Assembly: GCA_028707255.1 (NCBI GenBank)
Contig: JAQTUQ010000004.1
Location: 4,239-68,238 of the forward strand
Reading direction: 5' to 3'
Source: Dehalococcoidales bacterium
GTDB taxonomy: Bacteria; Chloroflexota; Dehalococcoidia; Dehalococcoidales; UBA5627
Length of the DNA stretch: 64,000 nucleotides
The notes under the pieces were generated by a model. That model was not told the origin of the DNA. It made no database searches and was given only the letters and a program-made list of their open reading frames with translations. Below, piece after piece: positions 54,557 to 63,749 of the stretch (the first letter of the stretch is position 1; every line of letters starts with the position of its first letter). The position numbers and the translations under genes are program-made.

Positions 54557-57205
54557 TTAATTTATATTCGATAATCCGCTTCTGTCGAAGATACAGATAG
54601 CATTTCGATTCTGCGGATCAGCGATAACTTTAGCTACGGCACCGTTTGCTGATAAAGGCACGTCGATAACCATTATAATTTTTTCAAACTCAGTCATATC
54701 GGGAAGAAGGTTAAGCAATATATTTTTTGCATCACGAAAGAAATTAAAATTAAAATCTGAAATTTCATCGTCTGGATAAACCGGAAGATATAAAATGTTT
54801 GATTCTATAAGGTCCTGGAAGAAGTGGGTGCCATACGATACTTCCGGCCTTTGCCCCGCTTTTTCGCGGGCAACCTCGACCAGCACAGCTGTATTATCAA
54901 TATCCGCATAACCCACATTGACGCCGAGTTCTATGTTGGTACTGCCCCAGCGCCCCGGGCCCATCAGCATTATTTTTTTATCCCGATAAGACAGTATTTC
55001 ATTCAGTTTCCCGATTACTCTTCCGATACTCTTTTTAGTATCCAGAGATACTGCTTCGGAATATGCTTTCGGGTCTATATAAACGATATATCCGATATTT
55101 TCTACCATACCGGCGTTGATTGCCCGGTTGGAGCGGAATAGTACCTGTTCTTTTGGCATAATTTTAGGAATGCTGACACACACTCCTCCCAAACTGGGTA
55201 CGTGTAAGGAACGGCATTGCAGCAGATTGATTTTGACATTGTTATCGCTATGAACATAAGCTGTGAATTCTACATCTACCGGTTGTTCCCAGGCTGTTTC
55301 CAATTTGCTCAATATATCGCCCAGCATATTAACCATATCGGTCTGGTTGATTAAATTATTGAAAGTTAAAACCAGGTTGCCATTAATTTCCTTCGGTTTT
55401 ATAAACCAGTCTTTTACGAAACCTTCGGATACATCCGATATAAACATATCAATGGACGGGAAATCGAAATTGGCACCTATATTTCCGAAGGGTATTGTCT
55501 CGAATTTATTATCTGCCGTATTTATTACATCTACCATTCGCTGGGAATATTTAGATACTTCTATTCCGGTTTCCGGCCTGATTGCCGGATGGCTTACGGC
55601 TATCATCCTGGGATAATCGCCACTGACACGGTTAACGGCACGTGTGCCCAAACCGAATACAAGGCGTATCATTCCTTTTTGAGAGTCGATGCGGTCAGTC
55701 CAGGCAAAAAGGTTACGTGAAAAGGCAACTCCGGCAAGAGGCGGGAAAAAATACTGCCGGTAGGGTGTTCCGGATACTCTTTGAACCAGAATTGCCATCT
55801 GTTCGTCACCTTCGGAAAAACCGCGCTTTTTACGGTAAGCCAAGGCATCCGGATTTAAAGCGCTGGCATATACCAGCTTGATGGCCTTTAAAAGTTCGTT
55901 AAGCCGCGATTCGGGGCTTCCCTGGTTGGCACAGAATTCACTGCGGTATTTTCCGGCAAAGGCATCGGTAAACCCATCTTCGAGCAGGCTTGAAGAGCGC
56001 ACTATTATTGGTGCCTGCCCGTAATAATCAATCATTCCGCGGAACTGCTCCAGTATCTCATCCTTGAAATGGCCTTCGAGAAATCTTTGTTCCAGTTTAT
56101 TGAATTCATCCCACGAAAGACTGCCTTTTTTATTAAGTTCCAAGCGGTCTAAAAACAAGTCGTTATTAACAAGGAATGTAAAAAAGACATCCGAACCGAT
56201 ATAAAACGAATCATGTTCCTCCAGTATTTTCGAATAGTCGTAAGAATCTTTTGCCGAGTTCAGAACGCCTCTTGCTAATAGCATTCCGGCCGATTTGCCA
56301 CCAATGCGGCCAGAGCCGATCACCCTTTCCCGTATTTGAAGCAGGTTTCCAAGCGTTAAATAACGGTTCGATAGCTGGACCAGTTTCTTATGGTTTCCGA
56401 TAAGCATACGCGATAACGCTTCTTTTAGCTCCCTGAGTTCAGTTTTTGCAAAAACGCCGCCGGTTTCATGATATTCGAGCAGTTTGCGGTAAACAAAATC
56501 CCAAGGGGCTATCGACTCATTTCTGATGCTGAGCGGTTGTTTGACGGCGGAAGAAAGTAACCTGGCGGCATCACCACTGCGGGCGACCGGTTCCCAGACA
56601 TCGGTGGTAATCAGGTGCGGCAGGAACATCTGTTTCGAATAACGTCCGGCAACTTTTAACGGCTGAATATAGGTATTTTTTTCAACACAATACACATCTA
56701 TTAATACCTGTGTGGTCTCTCTTATTCTGGATAGGGCACTGTTGCCGTGCTGACCCCTGCGGAGTGCAAAATAGGCTACCGCATCAATTTGGAAAAGGTA
56801 TGGGCAGGTAACCTGGAAAAAGTTGGCCAGCAGTTCGTCGGTAGCCCATTCATCGACAAGGTCGGATAGGCTGTCGAATACATAGCAGCACTTTCTGCCG
56901 TGTTCTTCGATTATACGGTGCACTTCGCCGGAAAAATAATCGAATCCGGGAGCCGGGTCAATTCTGACAATTTCCAAACCCTCAACCGGTTTTAAAATAG
57001 GCGAATGCGCGGCAAAACTAAGATAAACACAGTCATACCCGTCTTTAATAGACCGTTCGATAAAAGCGCCGGCAAAGTAGGGGTAATCATCGAGATGATC
57101 AGTCTGCCAGACTACGTTATCACCAGGCAGCAAGCCCTGCAAAAGGCTATCGAGTTGAGGCAACCCGCTGTAAAAGGTTTCGGTTAATACCTCCTGAGTA
57201 TCCAT
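54557..57205 (-). CDS. Three-part protein: P-loop-less KaiC/RecA-like N-domain + PEP/pyruvate-binding (PPDK_N ATP-grasp) domain + uncharacterised C-domain
   Basis: 882 aa. GLPQLDSLLQGLLPGDNVVWQTD (KaiC-like, but no GxxGxGKT). IGGKSAGMLLA, IVRSSSLLED, MAILVQ, GVAFSRN and GLGTRAV (PPDK_N). No TSHAA-type phosphohistidine swivel motif seen. Confidence 0.7.
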   Translation of the reverse strand: MDTQEVLTETFYSGLPQLDSLLQGLLPGDNVVWQTDHLDDYPYFAGAFIERSIKDGYDCVYLSFAAHSPILKPVEGLEIVRIDPAPGFDYFSGEVHRIIEEHGRKCCYVFDSLSDLVDEWATDELLANFFQVTCPYLFQIDAVAYFALRRGQHGNSALSRIRETTQVLIDVYCVEKNTYIQPLKVAGRYSKQMFLPHLITTDVWEPVARSGDAARLLSSAVKQPLSIRNESIAPWDFVYRKLLEYHETGGVFAKTELRELKEALSRMLIGNHKKLVQLSNRYLTLGNLLQIRERVIGSGRIGGKSAGMLLARGVLNSAKDSYDYSKILEEHDSFYIGSDVFFTFLVNNDLFLDRLELNKKGSLSWDEFNKLEQRFLEGHFKDEILEQFRGMIDYYGQAPIIVRSSSLLEDGFTDAFAGKYRSEFCANQGSPESRLNELLKAIKLVYASALNPDALAYRKKRGFSEGDEQMAILVQRVSGTPYRQYFFPPLAGVAFSRNLFAWTDRIDSQKGMIRLVFGLGTRAVNRVSGDYPRMIAVSHPAIRPETGIEVSKYSQRMVDVINTADNKFETIPFGNIGANFDFPSIDMFISDVSEGFVKDWFIKPKEINGNLVLTFNNLINQTDMVNMLGDILSKLETAWEQPVDVEFTAYVHSDNNVKINLLQCRSLHVPSLGGVCVSIPKIMPKEQVLFRSNRAINAGMVENIGYIVYIDPKAYSEAVSLDTKKSIGRVIGKLNEILSYRDKKIMLMGPGRWGSTNIELGVNVGYADIDNTAVLVEVAREKAGQRPEVSYGTHFFQDLIESNILYLPVYPDDEISDFNFNFFRDAKNILLNLLPDMTEFEKIIMVIDVPLSANGAVAKVIADPQNRNAICIFDRSGLSNIN

Positions 57206-57424
57206 TGATTCACTACCCTCTCATTATGAATCAGGTATACGGCAACCAATTACCGTATACCAATATATTACATCGGGATGAGGAATTTGTCAATTGGGGA
57301 AAAAGCTCATCTGGTATACTGGCTGGAGTGCATTACTGCAAGTTATATAATGGTAACAGCAGATAAAAACAGGTTTAATAAAACGAATATTGGGCATTAT
57401 AAATAAATTATTAGAGCCGGGGTA

Positions 57425-57453
57425 TTGACAATGAATCATTCTGCTATTATTAT
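57425..57453 (+). promoter_or_regulatory. Promoter candidate for the 80-aa ORF
   Basis: TTGACA (57425-57430), 17 nt spacer, TATTAT (57448-57453). Confidence 0.5.
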
Positions 57454-57486
57454 GCTAAATGACACAATCTTGTTTGAGGTACGGAT

Positions 57487-57729
57487 ATGGCTTCTCATTA
57501 TAGAAGGGGACAGAAGGTTGTAATAGTACCGGCAAAGAATCAATTCACATCGGCCCGGGATTCCAAGCTGGAACCCTTCGCCGGCAGGAGCGGGGTAATC
57601 AGCGATTATTACTGGCTGGATTTGCCAAACGGTAATAATAAACAGGTCTTCATATATACTATAAAAATGAAGGATGAAGACAGAGAAGTAGTGGTTTATG
57701 AAGATGAAATAAGGGTCTTTGTAGATTGA
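57487..57729 (+). CDS. Hypothetical small protein
   Basis: 80 aa, RBS GAGG upstream. No recognisable motif (RRGQKVVIVPAKNQ..., beta-rich look). Confidence 0.5.
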   Translation: MASHYRRGQKVVIVPAKNQFTSARDSKLEPFAGRSGVISDYYWLDLPNGNNKQVFIYTIKMKDEDREVVVYEDEIRVFVD

Positions 57730-57768
57730 GAAAAAAGAGGTTTGTTTTTAATCTACCGGTTGTTTCGA

Positions 57769-60336
57769 TTAATCCTGCTGCTTATTATCCTGCGGTAAAA
57801 AAATATACAACAGGCATGGCAATACCATAATTGCTACCATAAAAGACATGGCAATCATAAGCGCCGTCAGTATACCGAATGTCGAGAACATCGGCATTGG
57901 GGCAAAAGCAAGAACGGCAAAACCGGTAGCTGTTGATAAGCCGGAACCCAAAAGAGCAATGCCTGTGCTGCCGGCCGTATTTAATAAAGCCTTCTTCTTA
58001 TCGGGTAATCTTAAGAATTCCTGGCGGAAACGCTCGGTAAAATGGATGCAGTAGTCTATTCCGACACCGACTGAAATGGATGCAATGGTAGCCGTCATCA
58101 TGTTGATTTCGTAACCCAAAATGTACATCAATCCGTATAGCCAGCAAACTACAAAGATTACCGGTATCAGGGTAATCAACGAATATCGCAGCGAACGGAA
58201 GATAACCAGTAAAAACAGCATGCAGGCGCCGATGGCAATCATAAAAGAATTGGTCATCGAGTCCGTAATAGCGCTAAATTGCGCATCGCGAACATAAGCA
58301 TTCCCTGTAAGCCCGTAAAATGAAATACTGTCGACATTTTTCATCGATTTATCGAGGTCGAGGTTAAGTTCTACGGCAGATTCTTTTACGACAGCCTGTT
58401 CGACCGTCCCCGGAACCCCGATACTGATTAGCGTCGCAAATTCGTTTTTGACATCGTCATAAACAAAGGCTTCTTTTATATCCTCTGGTGTATAGAGAAC
58501 AAGAGTATCGGAAAGCGATATACCGTTTTCGATAATGTAGTTATAAACTGCCAGCAATTGTTCTGCAGTATCCGGTATGCCGTCGTTATCATTATCGGTT
58601 ATGGTTGTGCCGGATTCAATTTCAATCATGTGCTTTATATAATCGCTGTTCAACGCAGTATCAAGAAAAGATAATAGCGGAGTTTTGACATTTAAAGAGC
58701 CGTCGCCGGCTATTCGGGCTACATACTTATTGTCATCGAGTTCGATAACCAGGTTGTTCATTGCTGTTAGCGATTCATGGTCTGTAAAGTCTCCCCTGAT
58801 ATAGAAAATTGCTACTTCACCTGCCTGAGTGCCTATGTGCTCGGTAACTTTATCGAGTCCGATAACGAAGTCGCAGTCGGGAGAAAGTGCATCCTTGGCT
58901 TCCAGTTTTGTTTCAAGATTGGTCCAGCCGATTATTCCGGCTATCGTCAACAATACTACCATTGAAAGCGTAAAATAGCGTTTTTCAGTGAAAAATATTA
59001 CCAGCTTGCCAAAAAAGAAACTGCGTTTTGCCGCACCGCTTTTAACATAAAATGTCCCCTTCTTTTCCTCTTTGCGGCGGTCTGCCCACATTACAAGGGT
59101 TGGCGCAAAAAGCCCCAGGATAACATAAGTAGCGAATATGGCAAACGAGGAGGCAACGGCAAAATCCACAATGGATTCGATATTCGATATAGCGTTGGCC
59201 ATAAAGGCAATGATTGTCGTCAGCATCGCTGTTACCAGCGCATTTCCGACTCTGCGTGTCGAATTACCCAGCGCCTGTTCGGGGGGATAACCCTTTCTTC
59301 TTTCTTCCCTGTATCGATAGATGGAGTGAATGGCATAATCGATGCCGAGTACCAGCACTACGATAGGAACCACCAGGTCTACAATGGTCGAGTTTTTAAT
59401 CCCGATAAGATTGGAGAAGCCCATAAGCCATACAAGAACCATTATAAGACCGCTGCCGCATATAAGCGTTATTAAAACTGAGCGGAAAAATACGGCAACG
59501 ATAAGCATGATGATGATGATGGCCGCAATAAGCATAGGAATATTGATACTGCCCTGGTCTTTTATCTCCAGTTGCATATCGATATTTACTCCCCAAACGC
59601 GGAACGTATCCTGCTGGCTGCGGAATAGATCGAGAGCATCCCGGCCGAAATATTCTAAAACGATATCTCCTGAGTAATTTTCTCCGGTAATCGATGCGTA
59701 ATCGCCGATGATGCTTGGTTTAACGGTATAAACCACAATTGTTAAAGCCGGAGATTCCCATAAGCGGACTCCGTCATCCAAATCTTCGTGAGTAGATTTT
59801 ATCGAGAGAGCTTGTTGCATGCCGGAGGTGTAAGGATTGGAAAAAATGCTAAATACCGCCTGTTTAACCTGTAAATCGGTAGCATTGGAAAGGTCGATGG
59901 TGTTTCCGCTTTGCAAAATCAGTAATGCGTTTACCGCATCCGCCAGCGAATAAACACCTTTAGTTACTGTTCCTGTATTGCTGTTGATACTTTCATACAG
60001 TAGGGGAGACATAGCGCTGTTTTTTAAATCGTCCTGTTTTTGCAGAAGCGCATAGAGGTTTTCCTGTGTCAGCATATCACCGTTTTCGGCCTCGAAGATA
60101 AAAATAAGCGAATATATTTCGCTGGGGAAGGTTTGATTTACTTCTTCATACCATGTAATGGTATTATTATTGGTCGGGTTATCACTGGCGGTTTCCGTCG
60201 GCTGCATCAGGAAGAGCGGAAATAGAAGCAGCAATGTAATAAGCGATATCAGGATTACAAAGATGCGGGAATGATTCTTCAGAAAATCTCCCAGCCAGTG
60301 GTAAAAAGTCCTGCCGTAACTTGCGTATTTGCTCAT
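57769..60336 (-). CDS. MMPL/RND-superfamily exporter
   Basis: 855 aa. Two 6-TM bundles, each preceded by a large extracytoplasmic domain. Duplicated (V/L)G(I/V)DY(A/C)IH motif (LGIDYAIHSIYRYREE and VGIDYCIHFTERFRQE). Confidence 0.8.
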   Translation of the reverse strand: MSKYASYGRTFYHWLGDFLKNHSRIFVILISLITLLLLFPLFLMQPTETASDNPTNNNTITWYEEVNQTFPSEIYSLIFIFEAENGDMLTQENLYALLQKQDDLKNSAMSPLLYESINSNTGTVTKGVYSLADAVNALLILQSGNTIDLSNATDLQVKQAVFSIFSNPYTSGMQQALSIKSTHEDLDDGVRLWESPALTIVVYTVKPSIIGDYASITGENYSGDIVLEYFGRDALDLFRSQQDTFRVWGVNIDMQLEIKDQGSINIPMLIAAIIIIMLIVAVFFRSVLITLICGSGLIMVLVWLMGFSNLIGIKNSTIVDLVVPIVVLVLGIDYAIHSIYRYREERRKGYPPEQALGNSTRRVGNALVTAMLTTIIAFMANAISNIESIVDFAVASSFAIFATYVILGLFAPTLVMWADRRKEEKKGTFYVKSGAAKRSFFFGKLVIFFTEKRYFTLSMVVLLTIAGIIGWTNLETKLEAKDALSPDCDFVIGLDKVTEHIGTQAGEVAIFYIRGDFTDHESLTAMNNLVIELDDNKYVARIAGDGSLNVKTPLLSFLDTALNSDYIKHMIEIESGTTITDNDNDGIPDTAEQLLAVYNYIIENGISLSDTLVLYTPEDIKEAFVYDDVKNEFATLISIGVPGTVEQAVVKESAVELNLDLDKSMKNVDSISFYGLTGNAYVRDAQFSAITDSMTNSFMIAIGACMLFLLVIFRSLRYSLITLIPVIFVVCWLYGLMYILGYEINMMTATIASISVGVGIDYCIHFTERFRQEFLRLPDKKKALLNTAGSTGIALLGSGLSTATGFAVLAFAPMPMFSTFGILTALMIAMSFMVAIMVLPCLLYIFLPQDNKQQD

Positions 60337-60522
60337 AATTAGATAATAAAGTGCATGTCTTTTATCGAACGGGCACTACATAGCGTTTTAAAACAGGTAA
60401 AACCTCGATAAATTATATATTATACTTATCAAACAGTAAAACTGTATCCCGTTACCGTATATGAAATTGCTATTTCTGTCAATTTGCACTCGCTTTGGAT
60501 TTCATGTTTTATAAGCAGTTTA

Positions 60523-60531
60523 TGCTATAAT
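60523..60531 (+). promoter_or_regulatory. Extended -10 element upstream of iorA
   Basis: TGcTATAAT 12 nt upstream of the iorA ATG region. The -35 is weak (CATGTT). Confidence 0.3.
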
Positions 60532-60542
60532 ACATTACTTAA

Positions 60543-62369
60543 ATGAGCGTAAAAAAATTACTATCCGGAAATGAAGCTATAGCGCTGGGCGCCTATCACG
60601 CCGGGTTAAAGGTTGCCGCTGCTTACCCGGGAACCCCCAGTACCGAGATACTCGAGAACCTGGCGCAGTTCAAGGATATATATGCCGAATGGTCTACCAA
60701 TGAAAAGGTAGCCATGGAAGTGGCTGTCGGCGCATCATACGCCGGCGCCCGCACACTGGCATCCATGAAGCATGTCGGCTTGAATGTTGCTGCCGACCCC
60801 TTTATGGCGGTCGCCATAACCGGCATTAACGGTGGCTTGGTCGTTATATCTGCGGATGACCCCGGAGCGATGAGCTCTCAGAATGAGCAGGATAACCGGC
60901 ATTTCGCCAAACTGGCAAAAATACCCATGCTGGAACCTTCGGACAGCCAGGAAGCCTATGACATGGTTATAGCTGCTTTCGATATCAGCGAGCAGTTCGA
61001 TACTCCCGTGATGTTACGCACTACAACGCGTGTTTCACATTCGAAAACGGTTATGGAAACAAAGGACAACAGTCGTAAAGAGACTGAAATCAAGAGTTTC
61101 AAGTATAATTTCCGTAAATATATAATGCTGCCGGCTAATGCGCGTGCCAGGCGTCCCCTGGTAGAAGAACGAATTATAAAACTTGCCGGATACGCTGAAA
61201 CGTCACCATTTAATCACATAAGCATGGGCAGCACCGAACTGGGAATTATCACCTGCGGTATGGCATATCAATATACTAAAGAGGTATTTCCCGAAGCATC
61301 CGTTCTTAAACTGGGCTTTTCATATCCGATGCCGGAACAGTTAATCAGGAAGTTTGCCTCACGGGTCAAAAAGCTGGTTATTATCGAGGAACTCGACCCT
61401 TTTATCGAGGAATATGTTAAATCCCTGGGCATAGAAGTAACAGGGAAGGAATTTATTCCGATAATAGGTGAACTAACCCCTGATGTAATTGAAAAGGCCG
61501 GACGCGCTATGGGACTGTTGTCCGAGAGTCTGGGTTGTAAAAAAGAGTATAAAATGCCCAAACTGCCCGGCAGGTTTCCGTTATTATGTCCCGGCTGTCC
61601 TCATAGCGGTCTTTTTTATACCCTGGGCAATATAGGGCAACGCAGCACGATCCCCGGTAAGAAACAGCGCGAACCGAGGCTGATAATTAGCGGGGATATC
61701 GGGTGCTATACTCTGGGAGCTTTGTCGCCTCTTAACGCAATCGATACCTGCGGCTGTATGGGTGCGAGTATAGGAAACGCTATCGGCATGCAGAAAGCTG
61801 GTGCAAGTGAAAAACTGGTAGCACTTATCGGCGACTCGACCTTTCTGCATTCGGGAATAACCGGACTTATAGACGCTGTTTATAATAAAGCTAAATTCAC
61901 TCTGATTATCCTCGATAACCGGACGACAGGAATGACCGGGCACCAGGAACATCCCGGAACGGGAAAAACAGCGCAGGGCGAAGACACATATGCCGTCAGC
62001 CTGGAGGAAATAGTGAAAGCGTGCGGTATAACCAGTTTGCAGGTAGTTAATGCCTGGGATGCCAGGGCTTTAAAAGAAGCTTTGAAATCCTCGCTCGAAA
62101 ATGACGTATTATCGGTTATTATATCGAGAGGAGCATGCGCCGTAGCGGTCAGGCGGGGAATTAATCCCAGCAAGATTGACATAAACAAATGTACCGATTG
62201 TGGTTTATGCCTGGCTATTGGCTGTTCGGCGATTCAAAAAGATGCAGATAAAATTGTTATCGATGGTTCTTTATGCGCCGGGGACAATTGCCGTTTATGC
62301 GAACAGATATGCCCCAACAAAGCAATTTATCCCGATAAACCCGGAATAACCGGAGGGCGCAATGAATAG
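60543..62369 (+). CDS. iorA: Indolepyruvate:ferredoxin oxidoreductase alpha subunit
   Basis: 608 aa. N-terminal GNEAIALGAYHAG, TPP-binding GDIGCYTLG...GDSTFLHSG, and C-terminal 2x[4Fe-4S] (CTDCGLCLAIGC, CRLCEQICP). Confidence 0.9.
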   Translation: MSVKKLLSGNEAIALGAYHAGLKVAAAYPGTPSTEILENLAQFKDIYAEWSTNEKVAMEVAVGASYAGARTLASMKHVGLNVAADPFMAVAITGINGGLVVISADDPGAMSSQNEQDNRHFAKLAKIPMLEPSDSQEAYDMVIAAFDISEQFDTPVMLRTTTRVSHSKTVMETKDNSRKETEIKSFKYNFRKYIMLPANARARRPLVEERIIKLAGYAETSPFNHISMGSTELGIITCGMAYQYTKEVFPEASVLKLGFSYPMPEQLIRKFASRVKKLVIIEELDPFIEEYVKSLGIEVTGKEFIPIIGELTPDVIEKAGRAMGLLSESLGCKKEYKMPKLPGRFPLLCPGCPHSGLFYTLGNIGQRSTIPGKKQREPRLIISGDIGCYTLGALSPLNAIDTCGCMGASIGNAIGMQKAGASEKLVALIGDSTFLHSGITGLIDAVYNKAKFTLIILDNRTTGMTGHQEHPGTGKTAQGEDTYAVSLEEIVKACGITSLQVVNAWDARALKEALKSSLENDVLSVIISRGACAVAVRRGINPSKIDINKCTDCGLCLAIGCSAIQKDADKIVIDGSLCAGDNCRLCEQICPNKAIYPDKPGITGGRNE

Positions 62370-62949
62370 TTATAATATTATCATTGCCGGTGTCGGCGGG
62401 CAGGGAGTTATCCTGGCCGGAAATATCATCGGTGATGCGGCAATTGCATTGGGATACGATGTCAAAAAAACTGATACTATAGGAATGGCACAGCGCGGCG
62501 GCAGCGTTATCAGCCATTTGCGGGTGGCGCCGAAAATATACTCTCCTGTAATCGGGGAAGGCCAGGCGGATATTGTAATCTCATTCGAAAAGATGGAAGC
62601 CGCTAGGTGTTTCAGCTTTTTAAAACCGGGCGGTACCGTCATACTTAACAATCGTGAAATGCCTCCGCTTTCAGTTAGCTGCGGAATGGAACAGTATCCG
62701 TCCGATGAAGAAATTATGATTGTGCTTGAACAAAAAACCGATAGCATCTATTTTGTGGAAGGCAGTAAAAAATCGGAAGCCATCGGCAACATAAAGGTAT
62801 TGAACATCTTCATGCTGGGTTGTTTATCGCAGTTTATGGATATTGAAGATAAAGTATGGCGCGAGAGTATTATCAGAAGCCTGCCGGCTAAAATCGTCGG
62901 TATTAATATCACTGCCTTTGAGGCAGGTATAGAATCCGTCAAACTCTAA
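62362..62949 (+). CDS. iorB: Indolepyruvate:ferredoxin oxidoreductase beta subunit
   Basis: 195 aa. IIIAGVGGQGVILAG...GMAQRGGSV pattern. 8-nt overlap with iorA. Confidence 0.88.
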   Translation: MNSYNIIIAGVGGQGVILAGNIIGDAAIALGYDVKKTDTIGMAQRGGSVISHLRVAPKIYSPVIGEGQADIVISFEKMEAARCFSFLKPGGTVILNNREMPPLSVSCGMEQYPSDEEIMIVLEQKTDSIYFVEGSKKSEAIGNIKVLNIFMLGCLSQFMDIEDKVWRESIIRSLPAKIVGINITAFEAGIESVKL

Positions 62950-62968
62950 AAATCGAAGGGAATCTTCC

Positions 62969-63418
62969 ATGACGTCAAGCAAAGAAAACAAAGAGGAACA
63001 AATCTCTTTATTAACGGATAAAATCAAGACCGAACCAATCACGTCTTTTTTGCAATCGGAGATTCTGGAAATATCCGAGGGGTATTCAAGGGTTTCCCTA
63101 GTAATGCGTCCCGAATTCGAGAACTTTCACGGCATTATCTTCGGTGGCATTATCATGTCGATAGCAGACCAGGCATTCGGGGCTGCCGCCAACTCGATGG
63201 CTTATCCCAGCGTTGCTTCAACTCTTAATGTTTACTTTATCTCCAGCGCCAAAGTCGGCGATACGCTGACGGCGGAGGGCAGGGTAATCAAGAGCGGCAG
63301 AAAAGCCGGTTTTACCGAAGTGACCGTCGTCAATCAGGATAACAAGCTCGTTGCCAGGGCTACGGGTATCACTATTCCCACCAGGCAGCGTGTATCTGGT
63401 ATGGAAAATGAAGATTAG
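62969..63418 (+). CDS. PaaI/YbgC-like hotdog-fold thioesterase
   Basis: 149 aa. NFHGIIFGGIIMSIADQAFGAA motif typical of PaaI-type thioesterases. Confidence 0.8.
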   Translation: MTSSKENKEEQISLLTDKIKTEPITSFLQSEILEISEGYSRVSLVMRPEFENFHGIIFGGIIMSIADQAFGAAANSMAYPSVASTLNVYFISSAKVGDTLTAEGRVIKSGRKAGFTEVTVVNQDNKLVARATGITIPTRQRVSGMENED

Positions 63419-63749
63419 TCTTCCAAAAAGCAGTCTTGACATAATGGCAATAAGGTTAGTTATTTTTAATTTACTATTTAGCATATATAACCATCTCCAG
63501 TCGAACTTCCAGTAATGACCGGCAATTTTTAAGACTGACTGAATTTCAATACCAGTTAAATATACGGTTTGACAAACTTTCCGCGGCCTTATGGTCGGGG
63601 GTTAACCAATATTAACTATATTTGCCTTTCATCTTTCAGTCCTGAGTCAAAAATAGGTTGACACCCCTTTCGAAAAGATGCGTATAGAACTTCGTCATTT
63701 GACCTGAAGGTTGTGGTATTAAAATCAGGTAATACAAAAGGAGCAAGGA

